From Auanema rhodensis (lineage: Eukaryota; Animalia; Nematoda): a stretch of DNA of 64,000 nt. The DNA is taken from NCBI GenBank assembly GCA_964057225.1, contig OZ059899.1, positions 1,612,001 to 1,676,000 of the forward strand. Reading direction: 5' to 3'. A program made the translations under genes and the position numbers. How positions within the stretch are numbered: position 1 is the first letter of the stretch; each line of letters begins with the position of its first letter. The notes beneath the pieces are model-generated. The model was not told the origin of the DNA, did no database searches, and worked only from the letters and a program-made list of their open reading frames with translations. Shown piece after piece: positions 28,201 through 41,752 of this stretch.

Positions 28201-31200
28201 TAGTTATGATCGTTTGAAAAATGATGCATTAGTGTATGTTGAGTTTCCATGTACACTCAACATTGCTTCCAAAAACATTTTGACAAAAATTTTTTCGAAA
28301 AATTTCAAAATAATTTAGCAAAAAGTAGATGTTTTTAGATTCCATTTTTCAAGGCAAAGACGATGGACAATGTTATTCAACGAAAAAAATAATTCTTCAG
28401 GGTGAAAATCGAGGATATAAGTGTGAACTTATATCAGTTGATATCTCGGTGCATTTTTAAGCTAGCGCAAATCTGATAACACAGATCGACGCAGCTTAAA
28501 AATCCGCATCGAATGCACTATACTACATTGAGAAAAACTTAATACAAAAATTAGTTATGATCGTTTGAAAAATGATGCATTAGTGTATGTTGAGTTTCCA
28601 TGTACACTCAACATTGCTTCCAAAAACATTTTGACAAAAATTTTTTCGAAAAATTTCAAAATAATTTAGCAAAAAGTAGATGTTTTTAGATTCCATTTTT
28701 CAAGGCAAAGACGATGGACAATGTTATTCAACGAAAAAAATAATTCTTCAGGGTGAAAATCGAGGATATAAGTGTGAACTTATATCAGTTGATATCTCGG
28801 TGCATTTTTAAGCTAGCGCAAATCTGATAACACAGATCGACGCAGCATAAAAATCCGCATCGAATGCACTATACTACATTGAGAAAGGCTTAATACAAAA
28901 ATTAGTTATGATCGTTTGAAAAATGATGCATTAGTGTATGTTGAGTTTCCATGTACACTCAACATTGCTTCCAAAAACATTTTGACAAAAATTTTTTCGA
29001 AAAATTTCAAAATAATTTAGCAAAAAGTAGATGTTTTTAGATTCCATTTTTCAAGGCAAAGACGATGGACAATGTTATTCAACGAAAAAAATAATTCTTC
29101 AGGGTGAAAATCGAGGATATAAGTGTGAACTTATATCAGTTGATATCTCGGTGCATTTTTAAGCTAGCGCAAATCTGATAACACAGATCGACGCAGCTTA
29201 AAAATCCGCATCGAATGCACTATACTACATTGAGAAAGGCTTAATACAAAAATTAGTTATGATCGTTTGAAAAATGATGCATTAGTGTATGTTGAGTTTC
29301 CATGTACACTCAACATTGCTTCCAAAAACATTTTGACAAAAATTTTTTCGAAAAATTTCAAAATAACTTAGCAAAAAGTAGATGTTTTTAGATTCCATTT
29401 TTCAAGGCAAAGACGATGGACAATGTTATTCAACGAAAAAAATAATTCTTCAGGGTGAAAATCGAGGATATAAGTGTGAACTTATATCAGTTGATATCTC
29501 GGTGCATTTTTAAGCTAGCGCAAATCTGATAACACAGATCGACGCAGCTTAAAAATCCGCATCGAATGCACTATACTACATTGAGAAAAACTTAATACAA
29601 AAATTAGTTATGATCGTTTGAAAAATGATGCATTAGTGTATGTTGAGTTTCCATGTACACTCAACATTGCTTCCAAAAACATTTTGACAAAAATTTTTTC
29701 GAAAAATTTCAAAATAATTTAGCAAAAAGTAGATGTTTTTAGATTCCATTTTTCAAGGCAAAGACGATGGACAATGTTATTCAACGAAAAAAATAATTCT
29801 TCAGGGTGAAAATCGAGGATATAAGTGTGAACTTATATCAGTTGATATCTCGGTGCATTTTTAAGCTAGCGCAAATCTGATAACACAGATCGACGCAGCA
29901 TAAAAATCCGCATCGAATGCACTAAACTACATTGAGAAACGCTTGATACAAAAATTAGTTATGATCGTTTGAAAAATGATGCATTAGTGTATGTTGAGTT
30001 TCCATGTACACTCAACATTGCTTCCAAAAACATTTTGACAAAAATTTTTTCGAAAAATTTCAAAATAATTTAGCAAAAAGTAGATGTTTTTAGATTCCAT
30101 TTTTCAAGGCAAAGACGATGGACAATGTTATTCAACGAAAAAAATAATTCTTCAGGGTGAAAATCGAGGATATAAGTGTGAACTTATATCAGTTGATATC
30201 TCGGTGCATTTTTAAGCTAGCGCAAATCTGATAACACAGATCGACGCAGCATAAAAATCCGCATCGAATGCACTATACTACATTGAGAAAGGCTTAATAC
30301 AAAAATTAGTTATGATCGTTTGAAAAATGATGCATTAGTGTATGTTGAGTTTCCATGTACACTCAACATTGCTTCCAAAAACATTTTGACAAAAATTTTT
30401 TCGAAAAATTTCAAAATAATTTAGCAAAAAGTAGATGTTTTTAGATTCCATTTTTCAAGGCAAAGACGATGGACAATGTTATTCAACGAAAAAAATAATT
30501 CTTCAGGGTGAAAATCGAGGATATAAGTGTGAACTTATATCAGTTGATATCTCGGTGCATTTTTAAGCTAGCGCAAATCTGATAACACAGATCGACGCAG
30601 CTTAAAAATCCGCATCGAATGCACTATACTACATTGAGAAAAACTTAATACAAAAATTAGTTATGATCGTTTGAAAAATGATGCATTAGTGTATGTTGAG
30701 TTTCCATGTACACTCAACATTGCTTCCAAAAACATTTTGACAAAAATTTTTTCGAAAAATTTCAAAATAATTTAGCAAAAAGTAGATGTTTTTAGATTCC
30801 ATTTTTCAAGGCAAAGACGATGGACAATGTTATTCAACGAAAAAAATAATTCTTCAGGGTGAAAATCGAGGATATAAGTGTGAACTTATATCAGTTGATA
30901 TCTCGGTGCATTTTTAAGCTAGCGCAAATCTGATAACACAGATCGACGCAGCATAAAAATCCGCATCGAATGCACTATACTACATTGAGAAAGGCTTAAT
31001 ACAAAAATTAGTTATGATCGTTTGAAAAATGATGCATTAGTGTATGTTGAGTTTCCATGTACACTCAACATTGCTTCCAAAAACATTTTGACAAAAATTT
31101 TTTCGAAAAATTTCAAAATAATTTAGCAAAAAGTAGATGTTTTTAGATTCCATTTTTCAAGGCAAAGACGATGGACAATGTTATTCAACGAAAAAAATAA

Positions 31201-34200
31201 TTCTTCAGGGTGAAAATCGAGGATATAAGTGTGAACTTATATCAGTTGATATCTCGGTGCATTTTTAAGCTAGCGCAAATCTGATAACACAGATCGACGC
31301 AGCTTAAAAATCCGCATCGAATGCACTATACTACATTGAGAAAGGCTTAATACAAAAATTAGTTATGATCGTTTGAAAAATGATGCATTAGTGTATGTTG
31401 AGTTTCCATGTACACTCAACATTGCTTCCAAAAACATTTTGACAAAAATTTTTTCGAAAAATTTCAAAATAACTTAGCAAAAAGTAGATGTTTTTAGATT
31501 CCATTTTTCAAGGCAAAGACGATGGACAATGTTATTCAACGAAAAAAATAATTCTTCAGGGTGAAAATCGAGGATATAAGTGTGAACTTATATCAGTTGA
31601 TATCTCGGTGCATTTTTAAGCTAGCGCAAATCTGATAACACAGATCGACGCAGCTTAAAAATCCGCATCGAATGCACTATACTACATTGAGAAAAACTTA
31701 ATACAAAAATTAGTTATGATCGTTTGAAAAATGATGCATTAGTGTATGTTGAGTTTCCATGTACACTCAACATTGCTTCCAAAAACATTTTGACAAAAAT
31801 TTTTTCGAAAAATTTCAAAATAATTTAGCAAAAAGTAGATGTTTTTAGATTCCATTTTTCAAGGCAAAGACGATGGACAATGTTATTCAACGAAAAAAAT
31901 AATTCTTCAGGGTGAAAATCGAGGATATAAGTGTGAACTTATATCAGTTGATATCTCGGTGCATTTTTAAGCTAGCGCAAATCTGATAACACAGATCGAC
32001 GCAGCATAAAAATCCGCATCGAATGCACTAAACTACATTGAGAAACGCTTGATACAAAAATTAGTTATGATCGTTTGAAAAATGATGCATTAGTGTATGT
32101 TGAGTTTCCATGTACACTCAACATTGCTTCCAAAAACATTTTGACAAAAATTTTTTCGAAAAATTTCAAAATAATTTAGCAAAAAGTAGATGTTTTTAGA
32201 TTCCATTTTTCAAGGCAAAGACGATGGACAATGTTATTCAACGAAAAAAATAATTCTTCAGGGTGAAAATCGAGGATATAAGTGTGAACTTATATCAGTT
32301 GATATCTCGGTGCATTTTTAAGCTAGCGCAAATCTGATAACACAGATCGACGCAGCATAAAAATCCGCATCGAATGCACTATACTACATTGAGAAAGGCT
32401 TAATACAAAAATTAGTTATGATCGTTTGAAAAATGATGCATTAGTGTATGTTGAGTTTCCATGTACACTCAACATTGCTTCCAAAAACATTTTGACAAAA
32501 ATTTTTTCGAAAAATTTCAAAATAATTTAGCAAAAAGTAGATGTTTTTAGATTCCATTTTTCAAGGCAAAGACGATGGACAATGTTATTCAACGAAAAAA
32601 ATAATTCTTCAGGGTGAAAATCGAGGATATAAGTGTGAACTTATATCAGTTGATATCTCGGTGCATTTTTAAGCTAGCGCAAATCTGATAACACAGATCG
32701 ACGCAGCATAAAAATCCGCATCGAATGCACTATACTACATTGAGAAAGGCTTAATACAAAAATTAGTTATGATCGTTTGAAAAATGATGCATTAGTGTAT
32801 GTTGAGTTTCCATGTACACTCAACATTGCTTCCAAAAACATTTTGACAAAAATTTTTTCGAAAAATTTCAAAATAATTTAGCAAAAAGTAGATGTTTTTA
32901 GATTCCATTTTTCAAGGCAAAGACGATGGACAATGTTATTCAACGAAAAAAATAATTCTTCAGGGTGAAAATCGAGGATATAAGTGTGAACTTATATCAG
33001 TTGATATCTCGGTGCATTTTTAAGCTAGCGCAAATCTGATAACACAGATCGACGCAGCTTAAAAATCCGCATCGAATGCACTATACTACATTGAGAAAAA
33101 CTTAATACAAAAATTAGTTATGATCGTTTGAAAAATGATGCATTAGTGTATGTTGAGTTTCCATGTACACTCAACATTGCTTCCAAAAACATTTTGACAA
33201 AAATTTTTTCGAAAAATTTCAAAATAATTTAGCAAAAAGTAGATGTTTTTAGATTCCATTTTTCAAGGCAAAGACGATGGACAATGTTATTCAACGAAAA
33301 AAATAATTCTTCAGGGTGAAAATCGAGGATATAAGTGTGAACTTATATCAGTTGATATCTCGGTGCATTTTTAAGCTAGCGCAAATCTGATAACACAGAT
33401 CGACGCAGCTTAAAAATCCGCATCGAATGCACTATACTACATTGAGAAAGGCTTAATACAAAAATTAGTTATGATCGTTTGAAAAATGATGCATTAGTGT
33501 ATGTTGAGTTTCCATGTACACTCAACATTGCTTCCAAAAACATTTTGACAAAAATTTTTTCGAAAAATTTCAAAATAATTTAGCAAAAAGTAGATGTTTT
33601 TAGATTCCATTTTTCAAGGCAAAGACGATGGACAATGTTATTCAACGAAAAAAATAATTCTTCAGGGTGAAAATCGAGGATATAAGTGTGAACTTATATC
33701 AGTTGATATCTCGGTGCATTTTTAAGCTAGCGCAAATCTGATAACACAGATCGACGCAGCTTAAAAATCCGCATCGAATGCACTATACTACATTGAGAAA
33801 AACTTAATACAAAAATTAGTTATGATCGTTTGAAAAATGATGCATTAGTGTATGTTGAGTTTCCATGTACACTCAACATTGCTTCCAAAAACATTTTGAC
33901 AAAAATTTTTTCGAAAAATTTCAAAATAATTTAGCAAAAAGTAGATGTTTTTAGATTCCATTTTTCAAGGCAAAGACGATGGACAATGTTATTCAACGAA
34001 AAAAATAATTCTTCAGGGTGAAAATCGAGGATATAAGTGTGAACTTATATCAGTTGATATCTCGGTGCATTTTTAAGCTAGCGCAAATCTGATAACACAG
34101 ATCGACGCAGCATAAAAATCCGCATCGAATGCACTATACTACATTGAGAAAGGCTTAATACAAAAATTAGTTATGATCGTTTGAAAAATGATGCATTAGT

Positions 34201-36487
34201 GTATGTTGAGTTTCCATGTACACTCAACATTGCTTCCAAAAACATTTTGACAAAAATTTTTTCGAAAAATTTCAAAATAATTTAGCAAAAAGTAGATGTT
34301 TTTAGATTCCATTTTTCAAGGCAAAGACGATGGACAATGTTATTCAACGAAAAAAATAATTCTTCAGGGTGAAAATCGAGGATATAAGTGTGAACTTATA
34401 TCAGTTGATATCTCGGTGCATTTTTAAGCTAGCGCAAATCTGATAACACAGATCGACGCAGCTTAAAAATCCGCATCGAATGCACTATACTACATTGAGA
34501 AAGGCTTAATACAAAAATTAGTTATGATCGTTTGAAAAATGATGCATTAGTGTATGTTGAGTTTCCATGTACACTCAACATTGCTTCCAAAAACATTTTG
34601 ACAAAAATTTTTTCGAAAAATTTCAAAATAATTTAGCAAAAAGTAGATGTTTTTAGATTCCATTTTTCAAGGCAAAGACGATGGACAATGTTATTCAACG
34701 AAAAAAATAATTCTTCAGGGTGAAAATCGAGGATATAAGTGTGAACTTATATCAGTTGATATCTCGGTGCATTTTTAAGCTAGCGCAAATCTGATAACAC
34801 AGATCGACGCAGCTTAAAAATCCGCATCGAATGCACTATACTACATTGAGAAAAACTTAATACAAAAATTAGTTATGATCGTTTGAAAAATGATGCATTA
34901 GTGTATGTTGAGTTTCCATGTACACTCAACATTGCTTCCAAAAACATTTTGACAAAAATTTTTTCGAAAAATTTCAAAATAATTTAGCAAAAAGTAGATG
35001 TTTTTAGATTCCATTTTTCAAGGCAAAGACGATGGACAATGTTATTCAACGAAAAAAATAATTCTTCAGGGTGAAAATCGAGGATATAAGTGTGAACTTA
35101 TATCAGTTGATATCTCGGTGCATTTTTAAGCTAGCGCAAATCTGATAACACAGATCGACGCAGCATAAAAATCCGCATCGAATGCACTATACTACATTGA
35201 GAAAGGCTTAATACAAAAATTAGTTATGATCGTTTGAAAAATGATGCATTAGTGTATGTTGAGTTTCCATGTACACTCAACATTGCTTCCAAAAACATTT
35301 TGACAAAAATTTTTTCGAAAAATTTCAAAATAATTTAGCAAAAAGTAGATGTTTTTAGATTCCATTTTTCAAGGCAAAGACGATGGACAATGTTATTCAA
35401 CGAAAAAAATAATTCTTCAGGGTTAAAATCGAGGATATAAGTGTGAACTTATATCAGTTGATATCTCGGTGCATTTTTAAGCTAGCGCAAATCTGATAAC
35501 ACAGATCGACGCAGCTTAAAAATCCGCATCGAATGCACTATACTACATTGAGAAAAACTTAATACAAAAATTAGTTATGATCGTTTGAAAAATGATGCAT
35601 TAGTGTATGTTGAGTTTCCATGTACACTCAACATTGCTTCCAAAAACATTTTGACAAAAATTTTTTCGAAAAATTTCAAAATAATTTAGCAAAAAGTAGA
35701 TGTTTTTAGATTCCATTTTTCAAGGCAAAGACGATGGACAATGTTATTCAACGAAAAAAATAATTCTTCAGGGTGAAAATCGAGGATATAAGTGTGAACT
35801 TATATCAGTTGATATCTCGGTGCATTTTTAAGCTAGCGCAAATCTGATAACACAGATCGACGCAGCTTAAAAATCCGCATCGAATGCACTATACTACATT
35901 GAGAAAAACTTAATACAAAAATTAGTTATGATCGTTTGAAAAATGATGCATTAGTGTATGTTGAGTTTCCATGTACACTCAACATTGCTTCCAAAAACAT
36001 TTTGACAAAAATTTTTTCGAAAAATTTCAAAATAATTTAGCAAAAAGTAGATGTTTTTAGATTCCATTTTTCAAGGCAAATACGATGGACAATGTTAATC
36101 AACGAAAAAAATAATTCTTCAGGGTGAAAATCGAGGATATAAGTGTGAACTTATATCAGTTGATATCTCGGTGCATTTTTAAGCTAGCGCAAATCTGATA
36201 ACACAGATCGACGCAGCTTAAAAATCCGCATCGAATGCACTATACTACATTGAGAAAAACTTAATACAAAAATTAGTTATGATCGTTTGAAAAATGATGC
36301 ATTAGTGTATGTTGAGTTTCCATGTACACTCAACATTGCTTCCAAAAACATTTTGACAAAAATTTTTTCGAAAAATTTCAAAATAATTTAGCAAAAAGTA
36401 GATGTTTTTAGATTCCATTTTTCAAGGCAAAGACGATGGACAATGTTATTCAACGAAAAAAATAATTCTTCAGAGTGAAAATCGAGG
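25257..36487 (+). repeat. Most homogeneous core of the array
   Basis: About 32 monomers that differ mainly at GAGAAA[AA/GG]CTT and GCAGC[T/A]TAA, plus a few rare SNPs. Confidence 0.85.
28415..32626 (+). repeat. Tandem duplication of 6 monomers (2106 bp)
   Basis: Private AATAACTTAG (~29367, ~31473) and CACTAAACTA (~29925, ~32031), with the same allele order in both copies. Confidence 0.9.
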
Positions 36488-38944
36488 ATATAAGTGTGAA
36501 CTTATATCAGTTGATATCTCGGTGCATTTTTAAGCTAGCGCAAATCTGATAACACAGATCGACGCAGCTTAAAAATCCGCATCGAATGCACTATACTACA
36601 TTGAGAAACGCTTAATACAAAAATTAGTTATGATCGTTTGAAAAATGATGCATTAGTGTATGTTGAGTTTCCATGTACACTCAACATTGCTTCCAAAAAC
36701 ATTTTGACAAAAATTTTTTTGAAAAATTTCAGAATAATTTAGCAAAAAGTAGATGTTTTTAGATTCCATTTTTCAAGGCAAAGACGATAGACAATGTTAT
36801 TCAACAAGAAAATTAATTCTTCAGGGTGAAAATCGAGGATATAAGTGTGAACTTATATCAGTTGATATCTCGGTGCATTTTTAAGCTAGCGCAAATCTGA
36901 TAACACAGATCGACGCAGCTTAAAAATCCGCATCGAATGCACTATACTACATTGAGAAAAACTTAATACAAAAATTAGTTATGATCGTTTGAAAAATGAT
37001 GCATTAGTGTATGTTGAGTTTCCATGTACACTCAACATTGCTTCCAAAAACATTTTGACAAAAATTTTTTCGAAAAATTTCAAAATAATTTAGCAAAAAG
37101 TAGATGTTTTTAGATTCCATTTTTCAAGGCAAAGACGATGGACAATGTTATTCAACGAAAAAAATAATTCTTCAGGGTGAAAATCGAGGATATAAGTGTG
37201 AACTTATATCAGTTGATATCTCGGTGCATTTTTAAGCTAGCGCAAATCTGATAACACAGATCGACGCAGCATAAAAATCCGCATCGAATGCACTATACTA
37301 CATTGAGAAAGGCTTAATACAAAAATTAGTTATGATCGTTTGAAAAATGATGCATTAGTGTATGTTGAGTTTCCATGTACACTCAACATTGCTTCCAAAA
37401 ACATTTTGACAAAAATTTTTTCGAAAAATTTCAAAATAATTTAGCAAAAAGTAGATGTTTTTAGATTCCATTTTTCAAGGCAAAGACGATGGACAATGTT
37501 ATTCAACGAAAAAAATAATTCTTCAGGGTTAAAATCGAGGATATAAGTGTGAACTTATATCAGTTGATATCTCGGTGCATTTTTAAGCTAGCGCAAATCT
37601 GATAACACAGATCGACGCAGCTTAAAAATCCGCATCGAATGCACTATACTACATTGAGAAAAACTTAATACAAAAATTAGTTATGATCGTTTGAAAAATG
37701 ATGCATTAGTGTATGTTGAGTTTCCATGTACACTCAACATTGCTTCCAAAAACATTTTGACAAAAATTTTTTCGAAAAATTTCAAAATAATTTAGCAAAA
37801 AGTAGATGTTTTTAGATTCCATTTTTCAAGGCAAAGACGATGGACAATGTTATTCAACGAAAAAAATAATTCTTCAGGGTGAAAATCGAGGATATAAGTG
37901 TGAACTTATATCAGTTGATATCTCGGTGCATTTTTAAGCTAGCGCAAATCTGATAACACAGATCGACGCAGCTTAAAAATCCGCATCGAATGCACTATAC
38001 TACATTGAGAAAAACTTAATACAAAAATTAGTTATGATCGTTTGAAAAATGATGCATTAGTGTATGTTGAGTTTCCATGTACACTCAACATTGCTTCCAA
38101 AAACATTTTGACAAAAATTTTTTCGAAAAATTTCAAAATAATTTAGCAAAAAGTAGATGTTTTTAGATTCCATTTTTCAAGGCAAATACGATGGACAATG
38201 TTAATCAACGAAAAAAATAATTCTTCAGGGTGAAAATCGAGGATATAAGTGTGAACTTATATCAGTTGATATCTCGGTGCATTTTTAAGCTAGCGCAAAT
38301 CTGATAACACAGATCGACGCAGCTTAAAAATCCGCATCGAATGCACTATACTACATTGAGAAAAACTTAATACAAAAATTAGTTATGATCGTTTGAAAAA
38401 TGATGCATTAGTGTATGTTGAGTTTCCATGTACACTCAACATTGCTTCCAAAAACATTTTGACAAAAATTTTTTCGAAAAATTTCAAAATAATTTAGCAA
38501 AAAGTAGATGTTTTTAGATTCCATTTTTCAAGGCAAAGACGATGGACAATGTTATTCAACGAAAAAAATAATTCTTCAGAGTGAAAATCGAGGATATAAG
38601 TGTGAACTTATATCAGTTGATATCTCGGTGCATTTTTAAGCTAGCGCAAATCTGATAACACAGATCGACGCAGCTTAAAAATCCGCATCGAATGCACTAT
38701 ACTACATTGAGAAACGCTTAATACAAAAATTAGTTATGATCGTTTGAAAAATGATGCATTAGTGTATGTTGAGTTTCCATGTACACTCAACATTGCTTCC
38801 AAAAACATTTTGACAAAAATTTTTTTGAAAAATTTCAGAATAATTTAGCAAAAAGTAGATGTTTTTAGATTCCATTTTTCAAGGCAAAGACGATAGACAA
38901 TGTTATTCAACAAGAAAATTAATTCTTCAGGGTGAAAATCGAGG
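34733..38944 (+). repeat. Tandem duplication of 6 monomers (2106 bp)
   Basis: Private GGGTTAAAAT (~35424, ~37530), followed by the AAATACG/GTTAATC, CAGAGTG and V-type monomers in the same order. Confidence 0.9.
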
Positions 38945-41752
38945 ATATAAGTGTGAACTTATATCAGTTGATATCTCGGTGCATTTTTAAGCTAGCGCAA
39001 ATCTGATAACACAGATCGACGCAGCTTGAAAATCCGCATCGAATGCACTATACTACATTGAGAAAGGCTTAATACAAAAATTAGTTATGATCGTTTGAAA
39101 AATGATGCATTAGTGTATGTTGAGTTTCCATGTACACTCAACATTGCTTCCAAAAACATTTTGACAAAAATTTTTTCCAAAAATTTCAAAATAATTTAGC
39201 AAAAAGTAGATGTTTTTAGATTCCATTTTACAAGGCAAAGACGATGGACAATGTTATTCAACGAAAAAAATAATTCTTCAGGGTGAAAATCGAGGATATA
39301 AGTGTGAACTTATATCAATTGATATCTCGGTGCATTTTTAAGCTAGCGCAAATCTGATAACACAGATCGACGCAGCTTAAAAATCCGCATCGAATGCACT
39401 ATACTACATTGAGAAAGGCTTAATACAAAAATTAGTTATGATCGTTTGAAAAATGATGCATTAGTGTATGTTGAGTTTCCATGTACACTCAACATTGCTT
39501 CCAAAAACATTTTGACAAAAATTTTTTCGAAAAATTTCAAAATAATTTAGCAAAAAGTAGATGTTTTTAGATTCCATTTTTCAAGGCAAATACGATGGAC
39601 AATGTTAATCAACGAAAAAAATAATTCTTCAGGGTGAAAATCGAGGATATAAGTGTGAACTTATATCAGTTGATATCTCGGTGCATTTTTAAGCTAGCGC
39701 AAATCTGATAACACAGATCGACGCAGCTTAAAAATCCGCATCGAATGCACTATACTACATTGAGAAAAACTTAATACAAAAATTAGTTATGATCGTTTGA
39801 AAAATGATGCATTAGTGTATGTTGAGTTTCCATGTACACTCAACATTGCTTCCAAAAACATTTTGACAAAAATTTTTTCGAAAAATTTCAAAATAATTTA
39901 GCAAAAAGTAGATGTTTTTAGATTCCATTTTTCAAGGCAAAGACGATGGACAATGTTATTCAACGAAAAAAATAATTCTTCAGAGTGAAAATCGAGGATA
40001 TAAGTGTGAACTTATATCAGTTGATATCTCGGTGCATTTTTAAGCTAGCGCAAATCTGATAACACAGATCGACGCAGCTTAAAAATCCGCATCGAATGCA
40101 CTATACTACATTGAGAAAGGCTTAATACAAAAATTAGTTATGATCGTTTGAAAAATGATGCATTAGTGTATGTTGAGTTTCCATGTACACTCAACATTGC
40201 TTCCAAAAACATTTTGACAAAAATTTTTTCGAAAAATTTCAAAATAATTTAGCAAAAAGTAGATGTTTTTAGATTCCATTTTTCAAGGCAAAGACGATGG
40301 ACAATGTTATTCAACGAAAAAAATAATTCTTCAGGGTGAAAATCGAGGATATAAGTGTGAACTTATATCAGTTGATATCTCGGTGCATTTTTAAGCTAGC
40401 GCAAATCTGATAACACAGATCGACGCAGCTTAAAAATCCGCATCGAATGCACTATACTACATTGAGAAAAACTTAATACAAAAATTAGTTATGATCGTTT
40501 GAAAAATGATGCATTAGTGTATGTTGAGTTTCCATGTACACTCAACATTGCTTCCAAAAACATTTTGACAAAAATTTTTTCGAAAAATTTCAAAATAATT
40601 TAGCAAAAAGTAGATGTTTTTAGATTCCATTTTTCAAGGCAAATACGATGGACAATGTTAATCAACGAAAAAAATAATTCTTCAGGGTGAAAATCGAGGA
40701 TATAAGTGTGAACTTATATCAGTTGATATCTCGGTGCATTTTTAAGCTAGCGCAAATCTGATAACACAGATCGACGCAGCTTAAAAATCCGCATCAAATG
40801 CACTATACTACATTGAGAAAAACTTAATACAAAAATTAGTTATGATCGTTTGAAAAATGATGCATTAGTGTATGTTGAGTTTCCATGTACACTCAACATT
40901 GCTTCCAAAAACATTTTGACAAAAATTTTTTCGAAAAATTTCAAAATAATTTAGCAAAAAGTAGATGTTTTTAGATTCCATTTTTCAAGGCAAAGACGAT
41001 GGACAATGTTATTCAACGAAAAAAATAATTCTTCAGAGTGAAAATCGAGGATATAAGTGTGAACTTATATCAGTTGATATCTCGGTGCATTTTTAAGCTA
41101 GCGCAAATCTGATAACACAGATCGACGCAGCTTAAAAATCCGCATCGAATGCACTATACTACATTGAGAAACGCTTAATACAAAAATTAGTTATGATCGT
41201 TCGAAAAATGATGCATTAGTGTATGTTGAGTTTCCATGTACACTCAACATTGCTTCCAAAAACATTTTGACAAAAATTTTTTTGAAAAATTTCAGAATAA
41301 TTTAGCAAAAAGTAGATGTTTTTAGATTCCATTTTTCAAGGCAAAGACGATAGACAATGTTATTCAACAAGAAAATTAATTCTTCAGGGTGAAAATCGAG
41401 GATATAAGTGTGAACTTATATCAGTTGATATCTCGGTGCATTTTTAAGCTAGCGCAAATCTGATAACACAGATCGACGCAGCTTGAAAATCCGCATCGAA
41501 TGCACTATACTACATTGAGAAAGGCTTAATACAAAAATTAGTTATGATCGTTTGAAAAATGATGCATCAGTGTATGTTGAGTTTCCATGTACACTCAACA
41601 TTGCTTCCAAAAACATTTTGACAAAAATTTTTTCCAAAAATTTCAAAATAATTTAGCAAAAAGTAGATGTTTTTAGATTCCATTTTACAAGGCAAAGACG
41701 ATGGACAATGTTATTCAACGAAAAAAATAATTCTTCAGGGTGAAAATCGAGG

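Noticed and set aside
25257-36487. Binary-code-like AA/GG alternation
   Set aside because: It is explained by short 2-, 3- and 6-monomer duplications of a few haplotypes; there is no evidence of encoded information.
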